From the IMG/VR virus record IMGVR_UViG_3300023174_000042, positions 124,001-188,000 of that record: a stretch of 64,000 bases of DNA; one strand, written 5' to 3'. Below the pieces are notes generated by a model. It had not been told where the DNA came from. It worked only from the letters and a program-made list of their open reading frames with translations, and did no database searches. The translations under genes and the position numbers were made by a program. Of the stretch, positions 30,576 to 41,547 are shown piece by piece. Position 1 is the first letter of the stretch; every line of letters starts with the position of its first letter.

Positions 30576-31181
30576 ATGAATTCAGAAGCAGAACTACTAC
30601 AAAGACTTATGGTTTCAAAAAAAATCATGGAAAAACACAATCAAATTGGAAGGGGTCAAGTAAGAGAAATGGCGGCACCTGTTGTTGAAGGTTACGATGC
30701 CGTTCCAGCAACGTATAATATTCCGCAAGAGTTTATGACAGAAGAACCAAAACCAATTATGAATCAAAATTCAAATGTTCCTATTGAAGAAAGAATTTCA
30801 AAATCAAAGCTCCCCGATGAAATAAAAAAATTAATGATGGAACACCCAATTCAACAACCAACGATGGGGGTTGGATCTGGAGCAGTTTTAAGTAATGAAT
30901 TGGTTGAAAAAGCGTCAAGACTAATGAACACAAACGCAAAAGGCGATTTTATCGGAGAACAAAAACAAGTTAGACAACCACAACAACAAACACAACAATC
31001 GTTGGTTGGTTTATCTGCAAACGAAATTAAACAAATTGTAAGAGAAACAATGGAAGATGTTTTGTCTGAAAATGGATTATTGATTGAATCAGAAACAAAA
31101 AGTTCTGAAATGTTTAAATTTAGAGTTGGTCAACATCTGTTTGAGGGTAAAGTCTTGAAGATTAAAAAAATGACAAAATAG
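30576..31181 (+). CDS. Hypothetical protein
   Basis: 201-aa ORF, last gene before a terminator. Confidence 0.6.
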   Translation: MNSEAELLQRLMVSKKIMEKHNQIGRGQVREMAAPVVEGYDAVPATYNIPQEFMTEEPKPIMNQNSNVPIEERISKSKLPDEIKKLMMEHPIQQPTMGVGSGAVLSNELVEKASRLMNTNAKGDFIGEQKQVRQPQQQTQQSLVGLSANEIKQIVRETMEDVLSENGLLIESETKSSEMFKFRVGQHLFEGKVLKIKKMTK

Positions 31182-31208
31182 TTTTTTTTTAATAAAGTTA
31201 TAAATATT

Positions 31209-31236
31209 AAACCCACTTCGAAAGAGTGGGTTTTTT
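31209..31236 (+). terminator. Intrinsic terminator
   Basis: AAACCCACTTC-GAAA-GAGTGGG-T6. Confidence 0.85.
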
Positions 31237-31237
31237 A

Positions 31238-31266
31238 TTGATTATTCTTTTGTTTTTGATTACAAT
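31238..31266 (+). promoter_or_regulatory. Early/middle promoter of the glycan operon (TTGATT-N17-TACAAT)
   Basis: Sigma70-like hexamers with 17-nt spacing, immediately after the terminator. Confidence 0.55.
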
Positions 31267-31283
31267 TAAAAAAAAGCAAAAAC

Positions 31284-32498
31284 ATGAAAGAAAAAATTAG
31301 AGTATTGTGTCTCCCCTCAGATAGGTCAGGAGTCGGAAAGTTCAGATCAGTCGACCCCCACATTAAATTACAAAACTTATATTCGGAAGATTTTCATGTT
31401 GACATTGATTACGAACCAAAAATTAACGACATAAATTATTGGAAAAAATATCAAATAGTTCATTTTCACCGAAGTTTTGGCCAACTTGAACAATGTCCAA
31501 ATGTAATAAATAGTTTGAAAAGTTTGGGAATTATTATGATTGCCGACATAGATGACTATTGGTTACCAACAAAAGAACACCCTATTCATCAATTAATTGT
31601 TGAAAATAAAATGCACCAAAAAATTGTGGATAATTTAAAGGCGGCAAGTTATGTTACAACAACCACAGAATTGTTTGCTGAAGAAATTAGAAAATTTAAT
31701 AAAAATGTAATTGTTTTACCAAATGCGATCGACCCTAGCGAACCACAATTTAACCAACCAACACCACCATCAAATAAAATCAGAGTCGGATGGTTGGGAG
31801 GATCGTCACATTTACACGACTTGAAATTGTTGGATGGCATGGTTTCAAAACTTGGATCTGTCCAAGACAAATTACAATATTATGTTTGTGGATTTGACAT
31901 TCGTGGAAGTGTTACAGAAATCAACAAAGAAACTGGAGAACAAAAACAAAGACCAATTAAACCTGAAGAAACGGTGTGGGTTAGATATGAAGAAATATTT
32001 ACAAACAACTACAAAATAATTTCACCTGAATACAAAACATTTTTAAACAAATTCAAAGAAGAGGAATATCCTGCAATTCAGAACGAAAATTATGTTAGAG
32101 TTTGGACAAGACCTGTTGATCAATACGCAAGAAATTATTCAAATTTTGATATTTCTTTGGCACCAATCAAAAACCACATTTTTAACAGAATGAAATCACA
32201 ATTAAAAGTTATTGAAGCAGGATTTTATAAAAAGGCGTTAATTGCGTCAAATGTTGGTCCATATACAATTGATTTAAAACATGCGTTAGATAAAGGTCAA
32301 TTTACGAATGGAAATGCTTTGTTGGTAAATGAAAATAATAATCATAGTGATTGGGCTAAAAACATCAAAAAATTGGTTGACAATCCAAATATGATTACCG
32401 ATCTTGGTGAGAGACTTTATGAAACGGTGAAAGACAGATATGATCTTAATAAGGTTACGGCCGATCGCGCATCTTTTTACAAATCTTTAATTAAATAA
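31284..32498 (+). CDS. GT-B (GT4-like) glycosyltransferase
   Basis: DIDDYW, LPNAID, VGWLGGSSH, DISLAP...FNRMKSQLKVIEAG, IASNVGPY. Confidence 0.85.
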   Translation: MKEKIRVLCLPSDRSGVGKFRSVDPHIKLQNLYSEDFHVDIDYEPKINDINYWKKYQIVHFHRSFGQLEQCPNVINSLKSLGIIMIADIDDYWLPTKEHPIHQLIVENKMHQKIVDNLKAASYVTTTTELFAEEIRKFNKNVIVLPNAIDPSEPQFNQPTPPSNKIRVGWLGGSSHLHDLKLLDGMVSKLGSVQDKLQYYVCGFDIRGSVTEINKETGEQKQRPIKPEETVWVRYEEIFTNNYKIISPEYKTFLNKFKEEEYPAIQNENYVRVWTRPVDQYARNYSNFDISLAPIKNHIFNRMKSQLKVIEAGFYKKALIASNVGPYTIDLKHALDKGQFTNGNALLVNENNNHSDWAKNIKKLVDNPNMITDLGERLYETVKDRYDLNKVTADRASFYKSLIK

Positions 32499-32501
32499 TT
32501 T

Positions 32502-33233
32502 ATGATCAATATACCAATAACAAAAATTTTATTTTTAGATATTGAAACCGTTGGGGGTTGTAAAGACTATCAAAGTTGTATTGATTCTAATCCAGTGGTT
32601 GCCGAACAATTTGAAAAGTATTTTGATTGGTTTTTAAAAAGATTTCCCGAAGATAAAGAATTTGGTGAAGAGGGAGATAGAACAATAAAAGAACATATGG
32701 ATATTGTTTTTAAAAAAAGAGCGGCACTTGTTCCTGAGTTTGCTAAAATCGTGTGTGTTTCTATGGCGTTTGTTTTGGACAACGGTGATGTTAAAAGACA
32801 AACATTTTCTGGCGATGATGAAAAACAACTTTTAATTGACGTAAGAAACTTATTGGATCGTTGTCACAAATTAGATTTTTATCTATGTGGTCATAATTTA
32901 AAGAACTTTGACATCCCGATGTTGGCAAAACGAATGATTATTAATGACATTATGCCATCTAAACTTCTTCCTTCATATGATACAAAACCTTGGGAGATAA
33001 AAGCAATTGATACAAAAGAAATTTGGCAATATGGAGCATATACCTCAATTGGATCTTTGGATTTGATGTGTGCTTGTTTAGAGATACCAACACCAAAAGA
33101 TGGTGAGGTAAATGGGGGTATGGTTCATGAAGCGTATTGGAGTTATAATAAACTTACTGAAATATCAAAATATTGTGAAAAAGATGTTGATGTATTGATT
33201 CAATCAATAAAAAAATTAAAAAATTTAAAATGA
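32502..33233 (+). CDS. Stand-alone PolB-type 3'-5' exonuclease
   Basis: FLDIETV, GHNLKNFDIP and YCEKDV (DEDDy). Confidence 0.85.
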   Translation: MINIPITKILFLDIETVGGCKDYQSCIDSNPVVAEQFEKYFDWFLKRFPEDKEFGEEGDRTIKEHMDIVFKKRAALVPEFAKIVCVSMAFVLDNGDVKRQTFSGDDEKQLLIDVRNLLDRCHKLDFYLCGHNLKNFDIPMLAKRMIINDIMPSKLLPSYDTKPWEIKAIDTKEIWQYGAYTSIGSLDLMCACLEIPTPKDGEVNGGMVHEAYWSYNKLTEISKYCEKDVDVLIQSIKKLKNLK

Positions 33234-33832
33234 CAGAGGAAACTGATGATAATGTAAATGAAAAAGACTTGGAAGATCTATTAAAAATCTTGGAAGATGT
33301 TTCAAATGAAGAAATTGACTACAATGTCATTATGGATTCATTAGGATTGGACATAAAAGAATTGGAGCAGGATTTAAAAGATTATGTTCAACAGATTGAT
33401 TTATCTTATAAAAAAACAAATGAGGACGCAAAAACCCCTTCTTATGTATATCAATCAGACTCTGGTTTTGATTTATGTTCCACAGAAGAAATTTGGATTC
33501 ATGGTTTTGATCGAAAATTAATATCAACAGGATTACACTTTGATATTCCTGAAGGTTATGAAATTCAAATTAGGTCAAAAAGTGGATTGGCTTTAAAACA
33601 AGGTTTGATGGTGTTAAACTCGCCTGGCACGGTAGATCAAGGATATTTGGGAGAAATAAAAGTAATTTTATTTAATACAACAAAAGAAAAAGTTAAAATA
33701 GAAAAAGGTCAAAAAATTGCTCAAGCGGTTCTTTGCCCAGTAGTTTCAGGAAAATGGGTTAATTTAGTTGAAAAAGATAATTTAGAATCCAAAGACAGAA
33801 ATGATAATGGATTTGGATCAACAGGAATATGA
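33230..33832 (+). CDS. dut: Trimeric dUTPase with an acidic N-terminal extension
   Basis: SGFDL, RSKSGLA, NSPGTVDQGYLGEI, IAQAV, R..NGFGSTG. Confidence 0.95.
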   Translation: MTEETDDNVNEKDLEDLLKILEDVSNEEIDYNVIMDSLGLDIKELEQDLKDYVQQIDLSYKKTNEDAKTPSYVYQSDSGFDLCSTEEIWIHGFDRKLISTGLHFDIPEGYEIQIRSKSGLALKQGLMVLNSPGTVDQGYLGEIKVILFNTTKEKVKIEKGQKIAQAVLCPVVSGKWVNLVEKDNLESKDRNDNGFGSTGI

Positions 33833-34551
33833 AAGTCGCATTAGTTTGTATTTCAAAAAACGAAGACCATTATATTGAAGAATGGGTTTCATATTATAAA
33901 AAATTAGGATTTACAAATGTTTTTATCTATGAAAACAATTGGAGATGTAGTTTATTTGATAATGATAGTTTTGTTGTAAAAATACCTTTTGATGGTGACG
34001 CTCAACAGAATAACTCTTATAACAATTTTATAAACAATCATGGAAAGAACTATGATTGGGCCGCTTTTTTTGATGTAGATGAATTTTTAGTTTTGAAAAA
34101 ACACAATAATATATCTGATTTTTTGAAAAATTACAACGACTACTCTAGTGTGGCAATAAATTGGGTGTTTTTTGGAGATGGGGGAAATAAGTTTGTTGAA
34201 AACAATTATAATGTATTAAAAAGATTTACCAAAAGACAAATTGGGGTAGACCAACACATTAAAACAATTTGTAAATTATCATCAAACCCTGTATTTAATT
34301 CACCTCATTATGCTAGTAATTTAAATTGGGTTGACCCAACTTATCATGTGGGATCAGGACCATTTAACACCAACAAAAACGATGAAACTGCCCAATTAAA
34401 TCATTACTTTACAAAAACATTTGAAGAGTTTAAACTTAAAGTAAATAGAAGAAGAGCTGATAACAATTCTATAAGAAATTTAAGTGATTTTGATCCGCAC
34501 AATAGAAATGAAATTGAAGATTTATCGGCGTTAAATTTTTTTATAAGTTAA
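33829..34551 (+). CDS. GT-A glycosyltransferase (GT92/GT2-like)
   Basis: KNEDHYIEEWVSYY, FFDVDEF, INWVFFG, LNHYFTKT. Confidence 0.8.
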   Translation: MKVALVCISKNEDHYIEEWVSYYKKLGFTNVFIYENNWRCSLFDNDSFVVKIPFDGDAQQNNSYNNFINNHGKNYDWAAFFDVDEFLVLKKHNNISDFLKNYNDYSSVAINWVFFGDGGNKFVENNYNVLKRFTKRQIGVDQHIKTICKLSSNPVFNSPHYASNLNWVDPTYHVGSGPFNTNKNDETAQLNHYFTKTFEEFKLKVNRRRADNNSIRNLSDFDPHNRNEIEDLSALNFFIS

Positions 34552-34554
34552 AAA

Positions 34555-36048
34555 ATGATCACAATAATATACTCAACACATAAAAATCAAGAATATAATA
34601 ACAAATTTAAAAAACATTTGTTAGATACTGTTGGTGTAAAAGACGTTCAAGTATTAGAATATGTTAATCACAATCAATACTCACTAGCTCAAGTGTATAA
34701 TAGTGGTATTACAGAATCAATTTACGATATTATTGTTTGTTGTCATAACGATATAAAATTAGAAAAAAATTGGGGAAAAAAACTTATAGAAGATTTTTCA
34801 AATAACAACGAGTTTGGTGTAATTGGAAAGGCAGGTTCTTGTTACTTTCCTAAATCAGGTGTATATTGGGAAAAGATGCATCAAACAATGGTTGGTCAAG
34901 TTTATCACCATCCTGAAGGTCAAAAAAAATGGATTAATAGATATTCGGTTAAACTACCATATTTAATTCCTGTTGTTACAATTGATGGATTATTCATCTC
35001 TTTTGATAAAACAAAAATTAAACACCACTTTGATGAAACAATTGGTAAGTTCCACTTTTACGATCATGGATTCTGTTTACCAAATTATTTAGATAGTGTT
35101 AAAATTGGCGTGACCTCTTCATTTGAAATTACACATGAGTCTGTCGGTCAACCAAATCAAGAATTTTGGGAAAGTAAGGAAAAATTTGTTGGGAAGTGGG
35201 GAGATAAATTACCATTAGATTTAAAACCATCAAAAGTTTATGTTCCTATAATTAAGGAAAAACCATTAAAAAATATTGGCAAAGTTGCGGTTATAATTCC
35301 AACAAAAGGTAAAGTTGATATGTTATATAATTGTGTAAAGTCATTATATGATAACTGTAATTCAAATTTGTTTGATGTGTTTATTGCCGATACAGGATCA
35401 ACAGATGATGAAAAAAATCAAATTAAATCTCAAATTTTATCGTTAGGTAATGTTAATTTAATTGAATACGATTATTACAATTTTGCCAAGATTAATAACG
35501 ATGTTGTTAAAAATCATATAAATGATGATTATGAATTTTTATTATTCTGTAATAATGACATTAAGATATTAAATAATGTGATTTATGGGATGTTAAAAAT
35601 CTTTAAAGAAAAATCTAAAGTTGGAACGGTGGGTGTAAGATTACATTATGAAGATAATACAATTCAACATGACGGAATTATATTTAAATTAGGGGATAAC
35701 AAAAACCTAATAGTAACACATGCAAATGTAGGGTCTTATTATTTGTTTACAAATGGAATCAAAAGTGTTTACGGAAACACTGCGGCTTTAATGATGATAA
35801 GAAAATCAGTATTCAAAAACGTAGGAAACTTCAATGAAAATTACACGACATGTTTTGAAGATGTTGAGTTAAACCTTTCTTGTGTGATTTCAGGTTTTAC
35901 AAATTACTACGACGGTAGTTTAGTTTCATATCACTTTGAAAGTCAAACTAGAGGTAAAAATAGTGAGTCAATTAAAAAAGAATCATATGATTTTGATAAT
36001 ACTTTATTACCATTCATAAAAGAAAATTATAACAAAATATTTAAATAA
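34555..36048 (+). CDS. Two-domain GT-A/GT2 glycosyltransferase
   Basis: CCHNDI, IDGLFI and FHFYD in the first domain; VIIPTK, DTGSTD, FCNNDI, FEDVEL and HFES in the second. Confidence 0.85.
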   Translation: MITIIYSTHKNQEYNNKFKKHLLDTVGVKDVQVLEYVNHNQYSLAQVYNSGITESIYDIIVCCHNDIKLEKNWGKKLIEDFSNNNEFGVIGKAGSCYFPKSGVYWEKMHQTMVGQVYHHPEGQKKWINRYSVKLPYLIPVVTIDGLFISFDKTKIKHHFDETIGKFHFYDHGFCLPNYLDSVKIGVTSSFEITHESVGQPNQEFWESKEKFVGKWGDKLPLDLKPSKVYVPIIKEKPLKNIGKVAVIIPTKGKVDMLYNCVKSLYDNCNSNLFDVFIADTGSTDDEKNQIKSQILSLGNVNLIEYDYYNFAKINNDVVKNHINDDYEFLLFCNNDIKILNNVIYGMLKIFKEKSKVGTVGVRLHYEDNTIQHDGIIFKLGDNKNLIVTHANVGSYYLFTNGIKSVYGNTAALMMIRKSVFKNVGNFNENYTTCFEDVELNLSCVISGFTNYYDGSLVSYHFESQTRGKNSESIKKESYDFDNTLLPFIKENYNKIFK

Positions 36049-36054
36049 ATAATA

Positions 36055-36927
36055 ATGAAAGTATTAATAGGTTGTCTATTATTTAGAGAATACACAGGTT
36101 CAGAAATGTATGTTTTTGAACTAGCAAAAAACTTAATTGATTTAGGATGTGAAGTTACGGTAACATCACCAAATATTGGAGGTCCATTAACGGATTTGGC
36201 AAGAAGTTTTGGAATCAAAACCCATAATTTATCATCAACATTCCAAAATAAAAATTACGATATTATTCACTCACAACATTATCCAGTTACCGAAACACTA
36301 TTAAAAATTTTTCCAAACAAAAAAATGATATGTTCAATCCATTCTGAGATATATCAATTAGAAAATCCTATTTTACATCCTAACATAAAAAAATATATCG
36401 CAATTAGACCTCAAATTAAAAATCATTTAGTAAATAATTTTTGGATTCCAGAAGAAAAAATTACAGTCATTTATAACCCAATTGACATTGAGAAATACAA
36501 CACATTAAACACAAGAGATGATGGTTATACTTTATTTGTTGGGACAATAGACTATACAAGACAAAATACAATTTTTGATTTAGTTGACTATACAAGAAAT
36601 GATAATAGAGAACTATGGTTAGTTGGTAAAAATCACGGAAAATATTTACCACTTATTTTAACAAACTCACATGTTAAATATTTTGATTCCACTTACGATG
36701 TGGATTATTTTGTTAAAAATTGTAAAGAAACTGCAGGAATTTTATTAGGAAGAACTACAATTGAAGGTTGGTTAACTGGTAAACCTGGATGGATCTACGA
36801 TGTAGATGGAAATGGGAATATTAAAAGTAAAGAATTACATCAAGTGCCCGAAGATTTAGATAGGTTTAACTCTAAATTAGTTGTTAAACAAATAAAAGAA
36901 GAGTATTATAAAATTTTAACACAATGA
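36055..36927 (+). CDS. GT4-like glycosyltransferase
   Basis: TGSEMYVFELAK, VIYNPID, GRTTIEG. Confidence 0.8.
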   Translation: MKVLIGCLLFREYTGSEMYVFELAKNLIDLGCEVTVTSPNIGGPLTDLARSFGIKTHNLSSTFQNKNYDIIHSQHYPVTETLLKIFPNKKMICSIHSEIYQLENPILHPNIKKYIAIRPQIKNHLVNNFWIPEEKITVIYNPIDIEKYNTLNTRDDGYTLFVGTIDYTRQNTIFDLVDYTRNDNRELWLVGKNHGKYLPLILTNSHVKYFDSTYDVDYFVKNCKETAGILLGRTTIEGWLTGKPGWIYDVDGNGNIKSKELHQVPEDLDRFNSKLVVKQIKEEYYKILTQ

Positions 36928-37655
36928 AATTAATCATTTTAACCACAAGTTATAATTGTGAAAATTACATAAATAAATGCCTTTCAAGCATTTTGTCACA
37001 AACATATAAAAACTTTATATGTTATATCACAGATGATATGTCTACGGATAACACCACAAAAAAAATAAAAAATTTTATCAAAAATGATGAAAGATTTGTT
37101 TTAATTGAAAATAAATCAAAATTGTATCAGCCAGGTAACTACGATCAAATAATAAGAGGTGAATATGATGTTAATGATGAAGACATTTGTGTTGAGGTTG
37201 ATGGAGACGATTGGTTACCAGATTCTAAAACATTTCAAAGAGTTGTAGACACATATTCCTTTGGAGATGTTTGGTTAGCAAACGGTAGTTTTAGATATCA
37301 TGATGGCAGACCTGGGTTTGCACAACCACATAAAGATTTTGTAAATATTAGACAAAAAGTTTTTACATTAACCCATTTAAGAACTTGGAAATCGTTTTTA
37401 TGGAGACAGATAAAACAAGAAGATTTAAAAGATGAAAATGGGGATTATTGGAGTGTTGCTGGAGACTTATCATTTATGTTTCCTATGGTTGAAATGTGCG
37501 GCCCTGAACATTATAAATTCATGAGTGATATAAATTATATATATAATGAAGGTAATCCATTAAACGATCATAAAGTTAATATGTTTAAAGTTACTGAAGT
37601 TGTTAATAAAATAAGAAGTCTTAAACCGTATGAATTATATAACAACAAATCATAG
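36924..37655 (+). CDS. GT2 glycosyltransferase
   Basis: YNCENYINKCLSSILSQ, DDMSTD, VDGDDWL. Confidence 0.9.
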   Translation: MKLIILTTSYNCENYINKCLSSILSQTYKNFICYITDDMSTDNTTKKIKNFIKNDERFVLIENKSKLYQPGNYDQIIRGEYDVNDEDICVEVDGDDWLPDSKTFQRVVDTYSFGDVWLANGSFRYHDGRPGFAQPHKDFVNIRQKVFTLTHLRTWKSFLWRQIKQEDLKDENGDYWSVAGDLSFMFPMVEMCGPEHYKFMSDINYIYNEGNPLNDHKVNMFKVTEVVNKIRSLKPYELYNNKS

Positions 37656-38421
37656 AGGTGGTATTGGTAATGTAATGTTTAAACTTGCGGCAACAATAAG
37701 TACGGCAATAGATAATAATGTTGATTACATTTTTTCTAAAGAATTTGTAAGACCTAATATAGATCCAAACTATGATACATACACAAATAATCTTTTAAGA
37801 AATATTAAATTCATAAATTCACTTTCACAAAATTATTTTGTCCATACGGAAACCCAATTTAATTACCAAGAAATAAAATACAATAAAGGGATTAATTTAT
37901 TATTAGATGGGTATTTTCAGAGTGAAAAATATTTTATAAATAACAAACAAACTATTATAGATATTTTTAAACCTACGGAAGAAATTAAAAACGATATATT
38001 AAAAACCTTACCTGAAGTTAATAGTTATGTATCAATACACGTTAGACGAGGAGATTATTTAAAATATCCAAACCATCATCCACAACAATCAAATGAATAT
38101 TTCAAAACCGCAACCGAAATAATTGGTATAAATAAAACATATTTAATTTTCAGCGATGATTTAGATGGTATTAAAAATATGTTTGATTATTTACCCAATA
38201 AAATATTCTACACAACAAAAAAAGATTGGTTAGATTTGTATACAATGAGTTTATGTGAAGACAACATAATTTGTAATAGTACATTTAGTTGGTGGGCGGC
38301 ATACTTAAATCAAAACAAAAATAAAAAAGTAATAACAACAAATAAATGGTTTGGTTCTGCAAACGCCAACCATAACACATCAACTCTATTCCCACCTGAA
38401 TGGATAGTTTTAAATAAATAA
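37630..38421 (+). CDS. GT11 alpha-1,2-fucosyltransferase-like
   Basis: GGIGNVMF, GYFQSEKYF, HVRRGDY, FSDD, NSTFSWWAAYL. Confidence 0.9.
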   Translation: MNYITTNHRGGIGNVMFKLAATISTAIDNNVDYIFSKEFVRPNIDPNYDTYTNNLLRNIKFINSLSQNYFVHTETQFNYQEIKYNKGINLLLDGYFQSEKYFINNKQTIIDIFKPTEEIKNDILKTLPEVNSYVSIHVRRGDYLKYPNHHPQQSNEYFKTATEIIGINKTYLIFSDDLDGIKNMFDYLPNKIFYTTKKDWLDLYTMSLCEDNIICNSTFSWWAAYLNQNKNKKVITTNKWFGSANANHNTSTLFPPEWIVLNK

Positions 38422-38425
38422 AAAA

Positions 38426-38845
38426 ATGGAAAAAATTTATTCAAAAGTTGAAGAAGGAAAACTTTTACACATAATTAATAGATTGAGTGACATTAATGGT
38501 AGAACAGAAGTTATACCTGAAAATAATTTTATTCAATGTGCAACATTAAAGATGGAAAAAAATAAAACATTTCCACCACATAAACATATCACTAAAGATA
38601 GACATTATACTGAACAAATCGCTCAGGAATCTTGGATTGTTATTAAAGGTAGTGTTAGATGTATATTGTTTGATATTGATGATCAAATTATTGCAACTCC
38701 AATTTTATATCCAGGAGATGCCAGTTTTACTTTATATGGTGGTCACACATATGAAATTCTAGAACAAGATACTGTTGTTTATGAATATAAAACAGGACCA
38801 TATGAGGGACAATCTTTAGATAAAACATTTATAACAAATGAATAA
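38426..38845 (+). CDS. Cupin-fold (WbuC-like) protein
   Basis: PHKH...QESW...GGHTY...EYKTGPY. Confidence 0.65.
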   Translation: MEKIYSKVEEGKLLHIINRLSDINGRTEVIPENNFIQCATLKMEKNKTFPPHKHITKDRHYTEQIAQESWIVIKGSVRCILFDIDDQIIATPILYPGDASFTLYGGHTYEILEQDTVVYEYKTGPYEGQSLDKTFITNE

Positions 38846-39452
38846 TTTAACTTTAAATAGTGTTGAGATAAGTAGATGGTTTAATGATAGAGGAGATTAT
38901 ACCCATAACATTACATATGATTTAAATGAAAATTCGGTTATTATGGATTTAGGTGGATACACTGGTGTTTGGGCACAACAAATGATTGAAAAATATAACC
39001 CAAACGTTTATATTGTGGAACCTGTTTCTAGTTTTTATGATGGGATGGTATCCAAATTTGAGAATAACCCCAAAGTTAAATTATTAAATGTTGGTGTTGG
39101 AATTGAAGATAGAAGTGGTATTATCTATATGGGAGGAGATGGGACTTCATCTAATTTAATTAATGGGGATGGAATAAATGTTAAATTTAATACTATCGAT
39201 ACCATTCTAAATAATTTTGGTTTAGAATACGTTGATCTTATACAGATTAATATTGAAGGTGATGAATACCCACTTTTAGAGAATATGATATTAACAGGAT
39301 CTATTAATAAATTTAAAAATATACAAATACAATTTCATTTGGGGTTTGAAAATGATGTTGAGAGACGTGAAAAAATTCGTAATAATTTATTAGATAATGG
39401 ATTTAAAATAAATTTTGACTACCCATTTGTGTGGGAATCTTGGGGAAAATAA
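38838..39452 (+). CDS. FkbM-family methyltransferase
   Basis: DLGGYTG, VEPV, INIEGDEY, QIQFH. Confidence 0.85.
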   Translation: MNNLTLNSVEISRWFNDRGDYTHNITYDLNENSVIMDLGGYTGVWAQQMIEKYNPNVYIVEPVSSFYDGMVSKFENNPKVKLLNVGVGIEDRSGIIYMGGDGTSSNLINGDGINVKFNTIDTILNNFGLEYVDLIQINIEGDEYPLLENMILTGSINKFKNIQIQFHLGFENDVERREKIRNNLLDNGFKINFDYPFVWESWGK

Positions 39453-39453
39453 T

Positions 39454-40221
39454 ATGAATGTTTTAGTTAAAACCGTTGGTGGAGGAATTTTTTCAACCTT
39501 CACGATTGCAATACAACAAATTTTAAATGACATCCCAAATGTGGATGAAATTGACAATATCTATATTGAATTAGATAATGATAGATATCATTATTCGGAA
39601 AGAATATTGGGATCGGAAATGATTAATCCATTTGATTATGTTTTAGATCAAAAAAAAATAAATCCTGATATTATTTTAACTGCAAATTTTATTAAAACTT
39701 ATATTAATCATAACGATTTATATGGGACAGAAGAGTTAAAAAAATTACAAATAATTTGTGGTAAAATAAAAATAAAACAAAATGTGTTAAATAAAATAAA
39801 CTCTAAAATTAATGAGAAAACTTTAGGTGTTCATGTTAGATTAACTGATATGTTAGAACACCATATTGAACTACACAAAGGTGGGTCAACTCAAGAATAC
39901 GTTGATTCAATTAAAAACATTATTAACGAAAATGATATTGAAAATATTTTTGTTTCTAGTGACAATGAACATTCTTTACTGATTTTAAAAGAAAATTTTG
40001 ATATAATTAATAATCAAATAAGTAATATAAATAAAACAGAATTTGGTGGCGATTACTTTAGATATCAACTTGATAATTTACATCTTGAATATTTTTGGGT
40101 GGACTCTTTTGTTGACATGATTGGGCTATCTAAATGTGGTATATTATTATATAAATTAAGTAATCTTAATAACTCATCTCTATTTTTTTCAAAAACATTA
40201 AATAAATTTTATAAAATATGA
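39454..40221 (+). CDS. NodZ/GT23-like fucosyltransferase-like protein
   Basis: GGGIFS, LGVHVRLTD, IFVSSDN, DMIGLSKC...SN. Start set at the ATG at 39454. Confidence 0.65.
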   Translation: MNVLVKTVGGGIFSTFTIAIQQILNDIPNVDEIDNIYIELDNDRYHYSERILGSEMINPFDYVLDQKKINPDIILTANFIKTYINHNDLYGTEELKKLQIICGKIKIKQNVLNKINSKINEKTLGVHVRLTDMLEHHIELHKGGSTQEYVDSIKNIINENDIENIFVSSDNEHSLLILKENFDIINNQISNINKTEFGGDYFRYQLDNLHLEYFWVDSFVDMIGLSKCGILLYKLSNLNNSSLFFSKTLNKFYKI

Positions 40222-40748
40222 TTAAAGTTGTTGGTGACGATGTAATTATTGATGACGATGTTGTCGTAAAACAAAATTTAGAAATTATTGGGTCTCACGT
40301 TTCTATTGATAAAGGAGTTTATTGTTCCACAAATGTCACAATAGGATCTTACGTACATATAAGTCCATATGTTACTATTATCGGAGGTAAAAACGGTCAT
40401 TTTATTGCGAATGGATTTAATAATATAATGGCTGGATCAAGAATAATTTGTGGTTCAGATAGATTCGATGAAAGTGGTTTATTTGGGGCAATGATACCAA
40501 AAGAATTAAAAGGCACTCAAATAGTTGAACCTGTTATCATGGAAGAATTCTCAAATGTAGGAACTAATTCCATTGTGTTACCCGGATCAACACTTAGACG
40601 TGGAGTTTTGTTAACTGCCGGTAGTTTACTTATGGGCGATACTGAAGAATGGGGTGTCTATAAAGGAAATCCAGCAATATTAATTAAAAAAATTAATCCA
40701 ACAAAAATTATTGAAAACGCTAAATTATTAGGATATAATGAAGACTAA
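40218..40748 (+). CDS. Hexapeptide-repeat (LbH) acyltransferase
   Basis: IGSHVSID, IGSYVHIS, VGTNSIVLPG, GNPA. Confidence 0.85.
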   Translation: MIKVVGDDVIIDDDVVVKQNLEIIGSHVSIDKGVYCSTNVTIGSYVHISPYVTIIGGKNGHFIANGFNNIMAGSRIICGSDRFDESGLFGAMIPKELKGTQIVEPVIMEEFSNVGTNSIVLPGSTLRRGVLLTAGSLLMGDTEEWGVYKGNPAILIKKINPTKIIENAKLLGYNED

Positions 40749-41535
40749 AATTAATATGATTGGTGGAGGTTTCCAACATAGTATATCAACAAACGATTTA
40801 CCCCCAAAATTTATTGAGTGGGTTAAAGACGGATCTGCTTCAATATCAATACATATTGATAATGGTTTACACTTACCATTTAATGATCAAACTAAAAATT
40901 ATGGGTGGTTATGTGAATCAAAAACAATAATACCACATTTATATGAATGGGCTAAAAATAATATTGAATTATTAAAGAATAAATTCATAAAAGTTTTTAC
41001 ACATGATGTAGAGTTATCCAAGTCATCAGATATTTTTCAACTTACCCAATGTAGTGCCAAATCTTATTTATCTCACGGTGAAATATATCCAAAAACTAAA
41101 TTGGTTTCTATGATTGCATCAAACAAAACCATGTGTTCGGAACACATTTATAGACAACGAATGATTCATAAATTTTCTAAAGACTGTGATCATTTTGGTA
41201 GAGGTTATAACCCAATAAACAATAAAGAAGATGGGTTAAAAGATTATTGTTTTTCATTTGCAATGGAGAATGCAACATATTCAAATATGTTTACGGAAAA
41301 AATTACAGATTGTTTTATGACAGGAACAATACCGATTTATTATGGGATTAGTAATATTGGGAATTACTTCAATACGGATGGAATAATAATATTAGATGAT
41401 AACTTCAAAATTGAAGATTTATCATTTGAACTGTATCATAGTAAAATTGATGCGGTAATAGATAACTTAAAAAGATCAATTGACTTTCCTCATGCGGAGG
41501 ACTACATTTTTAAAACCTTCATTGAAGATAAATAA
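40738..41535 (+). CDS. GT10 alpha-1,3-fucosyltransferase-like
   Basis: SMIASNK, YCFSFAMEN, FTEKITDCF..GTIPIYYG. Confidence 0.85.
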   Translation: MKTKINMIGGGFQHSISTNDLPPKFIEWVKDGSASISIHIDNGLHLPFNDQTKNYGWLCESKTIIPHLYEWAKNNIELLKNKFIKVFTHDVELSKSSDIFQLTQCSAKSYLSHGEIYPKTKLVSMIASNKTMCSEHIYRQRMIHKFSKDCDHFGRGYNPINNKEDGLKDYCFSFAMENATYSNMFTEKITDCFMTGTIPIYYGISNIGNYFNTDGIIILDDNFKIEDLSFELYHSKIDAVIDNLKRSIDFPHAEDYIFKTFIEDK

Positions 41536-41547
41536 AAACATTTTACT